DNA from: Octopus sinensis
Taxonomy: Eukaryota
Direction: 5' to 3'
Assembly (NCBI RefSeq): GCF_006345805.1
Contig: NC_043001.1
Location: forward strand, 119,908,001 to 119,972,000
DNA: 64,000 nucleotides
Below the pieces are notes generated by a model. That model was given only the letters and a program-made list of their open reading frames with translations. It had not been told where the DNA came from and searched no databases. Both the position numbers and the translations under genes were made by a program. Shown here piece by piece: positions 27,021 through 40,074 of this stretch (the first letter of the stretch is position 1; each line of letters opens with the position of its first letter).

Positions 27021-28772
27021 GACGGAATATTGATAATACTAACTGGCATATCTTGGATCATCTGTACTCTATCAGTTATAACCTGGGGTTAAGCAAACTA
27101 TAATCTGTCTGAATGGGTCTCAATTGTATATTATTTATTTTCTTCTTACTGAGTATTTCTTTGTCTTTCCAAGTCTTTCCTCTATGTTTGTTTTTTCATG
27201 ATTATTTCTTCCACTCTTATTCTTGAGTGTATTCTTCACTTTTTCAATATTTTTTACTGACCTGGTTCCAAGTTCATTTTATTTTGTTCTTTTAAATGCA
27301 AGAAATGTAGTTGATGTCATTTTTACTTTTTCACAGCCTCAATATAGATTGATAACAACAAATATGGATAAATTGTTAATATAACAATTGATCCTGAAAG
27401 CAAGGACCAAACCAGCATGTAGTCTGATGCTCAAATGGGTTCCTCTTTTAATCATTAGATTCTCATTTAAAACCTATAATTGTGAGGATAAGTAATTACG
27501 ACCCTGATGTTTATATCTGGAATATTCTTACTAATTATTCTTTCCCTGTGTGTGTGTGTGTTTATATATATGTATAATACAGACGTGTATTGTGTGTGTC
27601 TTCATAGAGAAAGTTGCATCTGCATTCAAGTTTATGCACTCTCTTCTGTGTGTGTGTGTGTGTGTGTGTGGTTAAATAATTTTAAAGGCTTCAGTTAATG
27701 TAAAATGAAACCTTAGAGGTGATAGAATTCAGAATTCTACTCAATGCTTTTCTATGACGAGCGCATGCATACATACAAACACAGGCGCACACATACACAC
27801 ACACACACAAATGTATATACACTTGCACTCTTGCAATTCTTGTCACCTCTGACAGATAGACATTAGATAGGCAGATTGAAAGGAGGAGGGAAATGCATTC
27901 TGAAATCATTGAGAGGGAGAGCGAGAAAGAGGAGGAAGAGTACACAAAGGGAAAAAATGAAAAAGGAGTCATTGACAAAGTAAGAAAAGTGTTGTGGGTG
28001 GGAGGAGTGTGAAACAATAAATGTGTGTGTGCAGGGTGTGGGAGCAATGAAGACGGATTTTGAATTAGGAAAAAACTCAGGAATGGTAATTTAGAGGGAA
28101 TGTGAGTGAATGAGAAAATTATATATGGATGGAGATATATGGAAAAGATGAAAGGACATAAAATAGGTGGTTTCAAAGGGGAATCATTAAGGTATTCTAT
28201 TTATATGGCCTTCTCTTAGTAATTCTATTTCTTGCTCTCTTTCTTTCTCTCTTTGGCACCTTCTGTTTTAGCCTCTCTCTCTCGCTCTCTCATGGATAAC
28301 ATATTTGTGTATGGTATGTACAAGTGAAAGAAAGAATAAGGAAATAAAGGTAGCATTAGGTGGTTTAGATTGTCTTTTAACTTCCAGGTACAATATGGTT
28401 GCGGGTTATAATTTGAGATATTGCTATTTCTAGCAGGTCAAGGGATCCTGTAGATCAAGGGTGAAGAATCCTTTCAGTGTGTGTGGGAGTGGTATTTTGT
28501 AAGTACCTGCAGGGTACATATGTGAGAATAAAATAATGAATCTTTAATTCTACCAAATTCAGTGGTAAGTATGCAATCACTCTAAGCAATATTGGGTTCA
28601 CATTTTGGCACAAGGCCAGCAATTTAGATGCACTGGTTAAATCGTTTATATCAACCCCAATACTCAACTGGTACTTCTTTAATTGACCCTGAAAGAATGA
28701 AAGGCAAAGTTGAGCTTGGCAGAATTTGAATTTAGAATGTAAAGATGGACGAAATACTGCTATCTCTTCCAC

Positions 28773-29410
28773 AGGTTCCTTCTACTTTTAGAGTGTGGCA
28801 ATCTTCACACAGCTGTGTAGTTCATATGCATCACATGACCATACCAACGCAGTCGTCTCTCGTGCACCACAAATGATGCCTCTTATGCCCAACTTTTCTC
28901 TCGGGATGTTTACACTGATGTGCATGCTGATATTATACATCCAGCAAAGCATACTAGCTTTATTTCTTACAAGTCTATGCATATCTTTGGCAGTCACAGC
29001 CCATGTTTCATTGCCATGTAGCATGCCTGTTCACACACGGGCATTATACCGTCTGCTTTTCACTCTGAGAGAGAGACCCTTTGTTACCAGCAGAGGAAGG
29101 AGCTCTCTGAACTTTGCCCAGCCTATTCTTATTCTAGTAACTATGCTCTTGGGGCATCCACCCTAACTACTGACTTAGTTACCTAGGTACTGGAAGCTAT
29201 TGACTATTTTTTGTCCCCTGGCATGTGATGGAATCTATTTTCTGTATATTTTAGTGTTAATTGTATCTGTGCAGCTTTCACACACAAAAACTATTTTCCC
29301 TCTCAACCTTCCTCTGATATTGCTGCACCTCTTATGTGTCCATGGTTTACACCAGCTAGGTTTTGTGGAGCTCCTGCCTGTGCCTTTTCCACAGGTTGAG
29401 CAGGGCTGTT
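28773..29410 (-). mobile_element. RTE-clade LINE fragment
   Basis: MLHGNETWAVTAKDMHRLVRN and CKPWTHKRCS. Same family as 10860-11560. Confidence 0.85.
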
Positions 29411-32400
29411 GTTGACAATTCTGCCAGCTTGCTGCCTTACTCTTAGCAATATCAAAACTTTGTAATGCTTTAAATAGCAAGATATCACCAAGTTCATTCA
29501 TTTGTTTTACAACCAAATACCCTTCTAGTCACTAACCTATGACAATTTTCATTGTAAGGGATCTTTTAATCCACTTCTTTTGGAAAATGTGAAGCTACCA
29601 GATGATTTGTTGAGGGATTTCCAACAAACAATACCAGAATGTAAAAATATATACACACAATAGGCTTCCTTACAGTTTCCATCTACCAAATACATTCATG
29701 AAGCATAGGTTAGCCCAGGGTTAGAAGTCACTTTCCCAAAGAGCCAAACAATGGGACTGAACCTGAAACAATATTACCTGTGTTTTAAATTGAATAAGAC
29801 TTCTTACCTCAGATCTCAATAATATGGTTGGTTCTACTTTTTTTTGGTAAGCACAGAGATATTAGAAGGAATTGATAATCCAAAATATCTTACTTAATTT
29901 GCAAGATAATCATCTCTAATTTTCTCAACCAGTTCAGTGGCAGAAAGCAGTGATGCATTTTCAATCTATGGTTTCTCAAATATGAATATTTTTCAATATC
30001 TACATATGAATTATAAAATTCCAAAATAGATAATGCATTGTTATCCAAATTTTTCTGATTTTTTTTTTTTACACAATTTATCTGATTATAAATGAACTGA
30101 GCTACATGGAAGAATCATGGAAGATCAAGAGTAGTTGCTCATGTTCAAATTTTGAACTTATGATTTCAAAAAATCTCAGCCTCTTGAAATTGACCTGAAA
30201 GATCGAACCACTTTGTAGCATACTTTGATATTGGTTCTTTAAGTATTGGAAAATATTCCACACTATTTTTATTATTTTATTTGTAAATCTTCCAGTAGAT
30301 TTATAAACAATAGCAATTTTTATGCAAAACTTCTGATGTTGACAAGAAGATAAGTAAATAGCTGATTCACTCCTTATGATGTCAAATTGTGTTACTTGTG
30401 ATATCAGCCGAAGATGCTCAGTCACAAACCATTTCTTCCTTATCCCTTGATTCCCATGATAGAAAACTTTTAACATCCTAAAAGAGTTTCACTTGCCTTT
30501 TGAGTAATAACATTTGAGCATGACCCCACCATATTCTGTTTCAAGATTCATTAAAGTTTCTGTTGTTGAATTCCTTATTTTTTTATGAATACAATAAAAA
30601 TGTGTACACGTGCACACACACACACACACACATTGTGTTCATGAATTAGACAATGGTACCCAATTAAGGTATTTGATTCCTTTTACGTTTTCCAATTCTG
30701 TCTTGATTAACACTGAAAATCATTTTATGATATCCTACTATATATGATACAGAATCTGTAACTATTCTGCCCAGTTTTTCTGTAGAATAAATAAATTGAA
30801 ATTACTTATTTCTGATTTGAGCTGAGGAAAATCAGTCTTCACCTCTGCTCTAAACATAAATCTTTTTCTAAAGAAAAATCTATTTGTATTGTATATTTTG
30901 CCCTCATCCCATGGGCAATTATAACCTTCTGTACTATATTTATGCAACAATCTGACTTTCTTTGGCAACAACTATACACACTTTGATAAACTCCCCTTTG
31001 ATGTGTGTGGCTTCAGCTCACACACTTTATACCTTGTGTTATATAGAAGTATTTTTACTTGTAGATTGCTGTTTGCATAAAGTGTCTTCTAAAATTGTTA
31101 GCTTGTTTAAAAGCAGAATACTTTTGGTTCTGACTTAACAGCTGTAGCCAAGATTTTACTTTTTATTAACTGTAACTGAATATTTACAAATAAGATATAT
31201 ACATTCATACCTTACTTCAATATACAAATATCTAGTTGCTCCTATGAACTTGTACCAATAGCTCTTTTGTTGTTGTTGTTGTTGCTGTTAATAACTGCAG
31301 AAGTTAATTTCATGCATCAGCAATCATCTGAGAAAAAGTAAATTCTTACTAACCATTAATTACCAATAACAATATCTAATAAAAAGTATAAATATTTGCA
31401 AGAAGAGTGCAAAGCAAATGTTAATAGGCTATGAAATTGTTTTTAACATAGGTACAAGTCCTGAAAATTTGAAGGAGGAGATTAGTCAATATTATTAATC
31501 CCAGTATATGACTGGTATTTTATTAACCAAAGGTGATCTTGGTGAGATTCGAGTTCAGAAAGTAGAACAGTGCAACTAAATACCACAGTCCCTTTTGTCC
31601 AATGCCCTAATGATCCTGCTAATTTCTGCAATATGTTATAATATTTGACTGTTACATCATTTATACAAATCTTTACTTCCAATTAATCTACAGAGATCAG
31701 TATTACATCTAACAGAAATTTGCTAATCCATTATAGGGTACTGAAAGCAGCCTACCATTAAATTATTTAGTAAATTGGCTGAGTTTATGGATCACAAAAT
31801 TCCTTGGCAGTATTTGCTCCAACACTTGATGCCTGGAATTCACATCATGCTGATGCCAACTTTACCATTCCTCTTTGCAAATCAATGAAATATGGTATAA
31901 ATCGAAGATGTGTTGTGCAAACAAATAGGATTTATTAGATCGAGTAGTGAAATCAGCAAAAATCTGACATGTTAAATAATAAAATACAGTCTAAACTTTC
32001 ATGTGATGATGCCACCAAAGATCTGTCAAGTCAGATTTGTTGTGGAGCTCATTAAAAGAGACCATATTTGAAGACTAGAGAAAAGAAGTTTTAATGGCAG
32101 ACAATAATTCAGGGATTTAGTGACAGGTACAGCAAAGTGTGACAGCTAGCAATTCCTTCTGTCTTGGGAGTCTGCCCAATAACGACCGTCAGAATGCTGT
32201 GTTATGAGCAGAGCAATTTTGACATATAAACATTCATCACTTTCACTGGTGTATTCTTAAAATTTCTCTTTGAACACATTCTTCCATTAAGAACAGTACT
32301 TTTCAATATCTCTTTGAACGGCCGTATTCCTTTAAAATTATTAACAATAAAGTAGATGAAGTTAGACTACTTATTCATACGTATGTATGTAAGTGTGTGT

Positions 32401-32639
32401 GTGTATCTATATATATAATCACTCTTAAAATATATGAAGCTAAAATCTGTACCTGAAATAGGTGTGCTATAATCGACAAAAATTACCATATGTGCTATCA
32501 CTACAGTTCAAGGACTGTAATTAGTACATGAGTCTAGCTTATGATATATATGAAACTAGCTTATATATATATATATGATATTCTAGTCTTTTACTCATTT
32601 CAGCCATGCAGCTGTGGTCATGCTGGAACACCACCATGG

Positions 32640-33110
32640 TCTTTCTGATTTCCTCAGTCTGGGGTGTTTCACACCACAATTCCTGTACGTAACTTTGTCC
32701 CAGCTGTTGGTCCATTTGGTATATTAGGGAGTTTGATTCCTTCGTCCTCGTGTCAGCCTGTTTGTTCATCAGGGATTGTGTAGAGGAGAATGTCTAGTTC
32801 CTTTTTGAAGACATCTACTTCCACCCTATGCAGATTTCTTACTTTTTGTGGCAGAACATTGAAGAGCTGTGGGTCTTCGAACCCTAGATTATTGCAGTAC
32901 CTGGTCCCGAATTCAGATAGAGCAGATGATACCTTTAGTACAATGCAATGGCGGCCAGTTCTGACATCTGTCTAACACTCAATGCCAAAATTAGGTACTT
33001 GCCCTCTAGAGTCTTCCATATGTAGATTATTGGATATCTCTCACGCCTTCACTCCAGGGAGTAAAGTTGCAGTTTTCTCAGCCTATCCCTGTAGCTCACC
33101 AGCTGCACTG
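32640..33110 (-). mobile_element. L2/CR1-group LINE 3' fragment
   Basis: Minus strand ..QLFNVLPQKVRNL..VDVFKKELDILLYTIPDEQ, a typical ORF2 C-terminus. Confidence 0.6.
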
Positions 33111-33796
33111 TTTCAATCTTTTTAGTGTAGTGGCACTGAATTACCTCAAGCTCCGCTGTTAGTTTGGCAGTGTGTGGTGACCATAACTGGGAGCAGTAGT
33201 CCAGGCGTGTGTGATTTAGTGTGCTGGTTCAGCTTCGTCCACAGTCAAGTGACTGAAACATGTAAAAGAACAAATATATATATATTAAAGTTCATTCTTT
33301 GTATGAAAAAAAGACGACTTTTATTTCACATTAAAGAACCGAAATCACTTTCTTGTCAACCCAATACACCCCCACACACACAGTTATGGTATATTCTGTT
33401 TCGAACGTAACAGAGTACAGTATAAAGCTCGTCCACCTCTAGATTTACCCTGTGCTATCCAGTAGTAGTATTATACGTACTTCCAGGTTTGCATTTGGGC
33501 ATCTGTCGTGTTTGAATAGATAATTGGAAAAGGTCAGCTGAGGACAATCGCAACCAACAATGAAGAACAAATCAAGAGTACAAAGAAATCAAATACCAAT
33601 CTCTTTAAAACGGCAACCACTTTAACAGTAGTAGAATCACTACCCAACTACATCTATACATTCAAAGCAGTTTGCCAACAGTCCTTCAGCAACAACACAC
33701 CCTGGTCAACCCAGTGACTACTAAATTTAGGCCACGACAGACAGAGAGGATGTTCTTGAAGCCGAGAATTTGAAATTATGGAGACAATATTTACAT

Positions 33797-33902
33797 ATCG
33801 CCTGAGGAAACACAACTAGATCTCATAATGCAGAGAAGCGGTTGCATAATCAAGTACCTGTAAGCCTAGAGAACTACGTTGCGTGGAAATAATTGTAGTG
33901 AT
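33797..33902 (+). ncRNA. Degenerate type I hammerhead ribozyme
   Basis: ATCGC-CTGAGGA-aacacaactag...ctacgttgcgtg-GAAAT-AATT-GTA-GTGAT. Helix I pairs, the loop is palindromic, and helix II is partly mutated. Confidence 0.55.
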
Positions 33903-34406
33903 TAAAAAATAAATGTCCAACCGCATTTCTTGTTGACTCCAATTTATTCATATATATATATGTAAACGCGTATACATATACACCGTTAACGCCTAGCTAG
34001 ACATTAAAAATACCTTGATAAATGCAGTTGTTATTCTTTTATGCATAAATACACAATATGATACATACTTAAATATAAATGTGAATCAGTTTCACATGGA
34101 TCGAAAAGTGTTTGTTTGTTTTGTTTGTCACTCATAAAAGGTTGCTTTTCACACGTGATGTTGGTATTCGTAACACTGATGGCCACCTTATTATCAGAAG
34201 CAGTTTATCGATTAAAACTTGCCATACCAAATCAAACTACGATGCACGACAAGATATTTTATAAATACCTTAACTGACTTAACCGAGATGTCAATATTGT
34301 AACATTGATGGCAGCAAACACAGACAGATGCACAGGCTCGTAGATGTACTTATATATATTCGGCAGGTGTATATATTAGTGTGTGTGTGTGGATACATAC
34401 ATACAT

Positions 34407-34473
<67 letters not shown>

Positions 34474-34794
34474 GGTATGTAGAAAAATACAACATGGACA
34501 AGAACGTATAACTCATAGAAGACGATACAATAAACATGGACAGGACATTCGAACCCCTCAGTCTTCAGTCAAGAACCGGATCATCGTAGTAATTTCGGCT
34601 GATTATATGTATATATATATATATGTGTGTGTGTGTATGTATTTATGTATGTATGTTGTATGTAACCTTATTTGGATAGTTTTATGTTTGTGCTTCACGA
34701 TATACTATTTCCCCTCCCCACCAAACAATCCTTTGACGTCCTCCTTGACAGTTTATTAAATTCTTATGACGTCAAGCAGATGTGTGTGTGTGTG

Positions 34795-34844
<50 letters not shown>

Positions 34845-34929
34845 CTCTTTTGTTTTTAATAATTTAAAGTCTTTCTGTGAAGAAGGAACTGGTTTCTAAC
34901 AAAGGTACAAAGCTCCATCTTTGGAATAT

Positions 34930-35230
34930 AGATAAAGAAAATAACGTCACATCTTAAACCTGAGAAAAGTCTTGCATAGTTTTACTATTCCGCTTACAGA
35001 TTGTATTTGAAATGTGTGAATCAGTTGATTTCTTTTTCTGGAAATCCAAGCTTATCCAGAGTGACAGTTAGGCATTTACTTACAAAACTAAGTGCATCGA
35101 TTATTATTGGTATAAATGTAAATTTGTAATCCGGATATAGAAACTCGAGATTTCGAAGCACTTGTCCACAATTATCTTCTTTCTCTTTGATTTTCAAAGA
35201 GATATTCATATCAGCAGGAGAGCTGACGTC
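34930..35230 (-). mobile_element. Restriction-like endonuclease end of an R2/R4-group retrotransposon
   Basis: DVSSPADMNISLKIKEKEDN...FIPIIIDAL. Confidence 0.6.
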
Positions 35231-35329
35231 TATGACATTAGAAGAACTTCTGGTCTCTCCCTATGACGCAACACCAATAAGGCCATCTCAAGGTTTAAGA
35301 GCAACAGCGGCTGAAGCAGAGCATAGTTC

Positions 35330-36570
35330 ACCCAATTCATCATCGTGTACTTTTTATCCATCCATATCTAGCAATGGGGACATTAACATCATCATGTGCC
35401 CAGAAAATTCCTTCTATTTAGCAGAGTTCGACCTATATTAAGCAAAGTGATCCGGGTGGCTTCTTCGACGTTGCAGTGACAGTATTTGATATATGTAACT
35501 TTATGGGCCTTTTTGCTGGATATAAGAAAGAAATTCCTATCAATTAGCTTTCGCTTACATAGGTACGATGCCTTGGCCCTTAATGGATGGAGAAACGGCC
35601 ACACTCTCAATAAGCTCATGAAGGACTTAGTTCACACCCTTAATTCTCTTGGGTTCAAAGTCACAATAGAGATTAATTTGAAAGTGGTTAATTTCCTGGA
35701 TGTGACATTAAAATTTAGACATTGGTGACGATAAACTTTTCCAGAAACCATATAAGTAGCTGACATATATTAACACAGCTTCCTGCCATCCGGTCATAGT
35801 TTCCAAAGACCTGACAAAGAATTTAGCAGAAGAAAGAATCTTAACCTATCATCGAAGAAGATCTTCGACTCCACTGACCCGTAATACAACATGGCTGCAA
35901 GTAGTTTTAGAGGTAAAATTAGTTAGATGTTCGACACTAATCTCACCAAGAGAAAACGCTACGGAAATGGTGATATTGTTTACACCCGTTTTCTCTTAAT
36001 GGAAATCTTAGTTTGCTCGATAATTGTTTTCCATGGACATGTATATATATGCAGAAAAATCTTCAATAGAGATACTTTGAGGGCTTCTCTCAGCTGTGCA
36101 CCAAGCATAAATAAAATATTTCTAAATAGGCCCAAGCCTAGCCCAGAAGCAGGTTGCTAATTCAGGAGTAACGTCAGATGTCCACTAAACTGCCATGCAA
36201 TTCAGAAACCATCATATATGAAGCAGAGATAGTGTCAAAAGATCTCAGTAGAAAAACAAACGTACTGAAACACGTGGACGCTGAGGAAAGCCCCTCGGGA
36301 CCAGGTTCAAAATCTACCAGTCCTCGTTTAATATCTAATAGACGCGATGTCCAGTGAGACAGTATGAACGCTGAAAGAAAATGCCGCACATTACGAAATG
36401 AAATGGAATGTACTACAAAAATGCAGCTCTTACCTAAACAGCAGTAGAAGGTTCAAAAGGTGCTTGACAGAGGAGAGGATCATGGAAGAACTATCTTTAC
36501 CAAGAAGCCTAACTAAACACTTATCACATGTCATCATGAGTGCAGGTATAGTTTAGCAAACTGGCCAACT
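35330..36570 (+). mobile_element. Decayed Penelope-like element (RT + GIY-YIG relic)
   Basis: LHRYDAL (YRDD relic), KVVNFLDVTL, YINTASCHP and PCNSETIIYEAEI. Confidence 0.75.
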
Positions 36571-36786
36571 GTAATGTAAGTATAAGGATCAGGTTGTTCC
36601 CTACCCAAATCCTTGCCAAATTTCATACTACCGTCACCAAAAAGAAAAGAAATAAGACTCATTGAATAATATAGCTATGAGTAAAGAGTTTTCTTTGAAT
36701 TCGAATCCTGCCGAAGTCAACTTTGCCTTTCATTTTTTCGTGGTCGATAAAATAACGTACGACCCAAGTGCAAGGGACAAGGATTT

Positions 36787-36827
<41 letters not shown>

Positions 36828-37369
36828 TTTCTTTCTTTCTTTCTTTCTTTCTGCTTTGTTATTGTAATCCAAATTATTATTTTACCCGTTTCCAAAGCCG
36901 GGTGAAATAGACAGATTGAGCAAGAACCTACCAAACTCTTCTCATAAAAATAGGAAATTGCATTCTTTAAGAAAAAAAAAAAAATCAAATGAAACCATTG
37001 CATACATGAGCCGGCCATTATAAGCGTGGGCGCGCCCATATGTCGACTAAAGGGAAAACATACATATCACGTATGTAGATCGTGAAGTAAGTTTGTTTTT
37101 TCCTATCGCTTTAAAAGGTCAATTAACAAATGGAACGTTGGCATCCGTCACATTGGTTACCCAATTATTAGAAGCAATTTATCGATTAAAACTTACCATA
37201 TGGAACCCAGCAATGATTTACAGATTATTTCTTAAATGTCTTCAGTGCCTTAGTCTAGATGTCAATAGTGTAATTATTGATATATAAGCATTCATCCACA
37301 CACATGCGGGTGTGTGTGTGTGTGTGTGAGCGAACAAATGTCTGCAGAGACGGACGTGCTTAAGCGTCC

Positions 37370-37419
<50 letters not shown>

Positions 37420-37507
37420 CGTGACCACCGTGACCGACCAGGCTATCAGATGTTGATACACATCGCTGGTCACAATGCGCTTCACATTGTTTGAACCTTC
37501 AAATAAC

Positions 37508-37721
37508 TATTTCTTTATTACCCACAAGGGGCTAAACATAGAGGGAACAAACAAGGACAGACATAGGTATTAAGTCGATTACATCGACCCCAGTGCGTAA
37601 CTGGTACTTAATTTATCGACCCCGAAAGGATAAAAGGCAAAGTCGACCTCGGCGGAACTCAGAACATAATGGCAGGCGAAATACTGCTAAGCATTTCGTC
37701 CGGCGTGCTAACGGTTCTGAG
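37508..37721 (-). mobile_element. Young 5'-truncated family A SINE with a 12-bp target-site duplication
   Basis: CCTTCAAATAAC at 37496-37507 and at 37722-37733. Confidence 0.85.
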
Positions 37722-37759
37722 CCTTCAAATAACGCCACCCCGCTGGCTAAGCGAGCAGG

Positions 37760-37822
<63 letters not shown>

Positions 37823-37897
37823 TTTACATGGGTATGAGTATTTCATATATATACTTTACATGGGTATGAGTAAGTATTTCATTTATATCTCGCGTAT

Positions 37898-37958
37898 TTG
37901 CCGCTGAAGAGGGGAAAATTTCTTGTGAATTAACCCCGAAATTGGACCAATACGGTAA
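37898..37958 (+). ncRNA. Type I hammerhead ribozyme (Penelope-type, palindromic helix III)
   Basis: TTGCCG-CTGAAGA-GGGG..CCCC-GAAA-TTGGaCCAA-TA-CGGTAA. Core boxes are intact, helices I and II pair, and the cleavage triplet is AUA. Confidence 0.75.
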
Positions 37959-38269
37959 TAACGAATTTTTTAGAGATTTCTATGGTTTGTTTCGAGACGC
38001 ATAAATTTAATGTTTATCGACAATTTTTTGTTTCGGCGTATCTGGCATTAGAATTTTTCTTCTGCCCTTATCTTGTAAATTATGTATAAATTTTACCTTT
38101 AAAGGCATTTTTTGATATGCTGGCCATTAATAAAATTTTTTTCCCGAAAACAATTTTATCCTATATCAATTATATATATATATGTGTGTGTGTGTAGTAA
38201 TGGTAAGACAGAAAAAGAATGAAAGGGACATGTAAATAGGGGAATTTATTTGTAATATAATATGTGACA

Positions 38270-39245
38270 ATTATTCGGTTGCCATAATAAAATTCCAAGT
38301 TTTAACCGCAGATACCAATGGACCAGCACAAGATCGTTTTAGGAAGAACATATCCAGATGATGAAAACTTTCAGTCTTAGCATAACTACAGATACCAATC
38401 TGACGGTTGGCAATTTCCTAGATGTATCCTTAGATTTAAATAAGAGTATTTACAAACCTTACAGGAAGCCCAACGATAGACTTAATTATATTAATGTCGG
38501 TTCCTGCCATCCGCGCATAGTGTTTAAAAATTTAGTTAAAATCATTAACAAGAGAATTTCTAGCCTCTCCTCCGATAGGGATACTTTTAATAGCGCTGCC
38601 TCAGGATATGATAAAGCTCAAAAAGATAGTGAATTTAGCGAGGAAATAACCTATACACCTGTCACCAGTGCAGGTGTATAAAGAAACGGAAGCGTAGGAA
38701 TAGGAAAACCATCTGGTGCACACACCCCTACTCCCCCGAAGGTCACTTCCGGAGAGTAGGGGTGTGTGAGTGAGCATATGCAGATATAGCATGCGCGTAT
38801 TTTAGACGTGCATTTCAATATAACTGTGCGCGTATGGGTATGTGCACGTGTGTGTGCGTGTGCGTGGATTTGTATACGTGTACATGCCTGGATGCATATA
38901 TATGTGTGCATCTATTTGGCGTATGTATGTGTTTCATGCGAGTCTGAGTGAGCATAATGCATGTAGGCACATGTACGTAGGTGTGCGTGCGCGCATGTGT
39001 TTGTATGTCCATTTTTACTCCTTTACTTTTTACTTCCTCCCCTTCGGTTTTCGTCCCTTTTTTAACGGTTATTCTAATAATAGCCCTTTTGTCTTAATAA
39101 CGGTCAATTACACAGTAATTTCCCTTTGTTTAACGCTCATTTTCATAGCATATTTTAATAGCCCCGATAACCGAAGAGATGCCGGTGCAGTTTTGCGCCC
39201 TCACATCCGAAATTCGAAGTTTTATTATGTCAACCGAATAATTGT
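38270..39245 (+). mobile_element. Internally deleted Penelope-like element
   Basis: NFLDVSLDLNKSIYKPYRKPNDRLNYINVGSCHP..KRISSLSS (PLE RT thumb), then a TG-rich spacer and a hammerhead relic. Confidence 0.8.
39166..39226 (+). ncRNA. Degenerate hammerhead relic at the 3' end of a Penelope-like fragment
   Basis: GATAA-CCGAAGA-GATG...CATC-C-GAAA-TTCGAA-GTT-TTATT. The core U is changed to C, so it is probably inactive. Confidence 0.4.
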
Positions 39246-39257
39246 CACATATTATAT

Positions 39258-39299
<42 letters not shown>

Positions 39300-39317
39300 T
39301 TCTTTTTCTTTTTGTTC

Positions 39318-39741
39318 TATTACTTGTTTCAGTTATCTGACTGCCTCCATGCTGGAGCATCGCTTTTAGTCGAACAAATCGACCCCAGCATTTATTCTTT
39401 GTAAGCCTAGTACTTGTACTATCGCTCGCTTTTGCCGAACCGCTAAGTTACAGGGATGTAAACACACAAGCATCGGTTGTCAAGCGATGGTGGGAGGACA
39501 AACACAGACACACAAATAAACGCACACGCACATACACACACACATACACACAAACGCATATATATATACTTCGGCTTCTTTCAGTTTCCGTCTACCAAAT
39601 CCAATCACAAAGCTTTGGTCGGCCCGCGACTGTAGTAGAATAGTAGAAGACACTTTCCCAAATTGCCACACGGTGGGACTGAACCCGGAACAGGATTATT
39701 GGTTAGTAAGCAAGATTCTTACAACAAAGCTACTCCTGCGC
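39318..39741 (-). mobile_element. tRNA-derived SINE, family B (CORE/OR2-like), with internal microsatellite
   Basis: Head GGCGCAGGAGT.GCT, B-box-like GGTTCAGTCCC, and TTGGG.AAGTGTCTTCTACT. Other copies at about 7006, 17745, 40095, 53500, 53737, 60245 and 60725. Confidence 0.8.
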
Positions 39742-39819
39742 CTATATATATATATATATATACACAAATAAATGAAAGAATGGAGTTGAACGACGAATTA
39801 ACAAAATTCCTTTATTTTA

Positions 39820-39902
39820 TTTTCGACATATGTTTCGAAGGCTGCATATTCCTAATTTCGAAGGAATAAGGGGTGCATTATGCCGCCTTCTCATCAGGAA
39901 AA
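39820..39902 (-). ncRNA. Type I hammerhead ribozyme, copy 1 in the 777-bp tandem unit
   Basis: Minus strand reads TTTTC-CTGATGA-GAAGGCGGCATA...TATGCAGCCTTC-GAAAC-ATAT-GTC-GAAAA. Core is canonical, helix II pairs 11/12, triplet is GUC, and the helix III loop is palindromic. Confidence 0.8.
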
Positions 39903-40040
39903 AACAAGGAACTTATGTTAGCATCAAGATGCACAAAAACTTTTAGATGACTGCCCACACGGAGCCCATAGCGATAACCCAGGTATCGGTTAACCGAAAT
40001 ATCCATAATAAGATAATTCATTCAACTGCTCAATTATTAT

Positions 40041-40074
<34 letters not shown>

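Larger units (their letters stand above)
25718..32329 (-). pseudogene. Putative decayed multi-exon gene of unknown family, convergent with DDX20
   Basis: Non-repeat segments with AG and/or GT boundaries on the - strand: about 32329-31990, 31000-29808, 29640-29441, 27473-27150, 26675-26516 and 26114-25718. Translations are protein-like but interrupted, e.g. NTAVQRDIEKYCS*WKNVFKEKF*EYTSESDECLYVKIALLITQHSDGRYWADSQD and LEGYLVVKQMNELGDILLFKALQSFDIAK. Confidence 0.45.

Noticed and set aside
27691-28176. 161-aa - strand ORF
   Set aside because: Mostly derived from a purine-rich low-complexity tract and CA repeats, with compositional bias only.
34540-34606. CGAAA...CTGAAGA on the - strand
   Set aside because: The boxes are in permuted order and I could not build convincing helices. 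It appears to be a truncated repeat.
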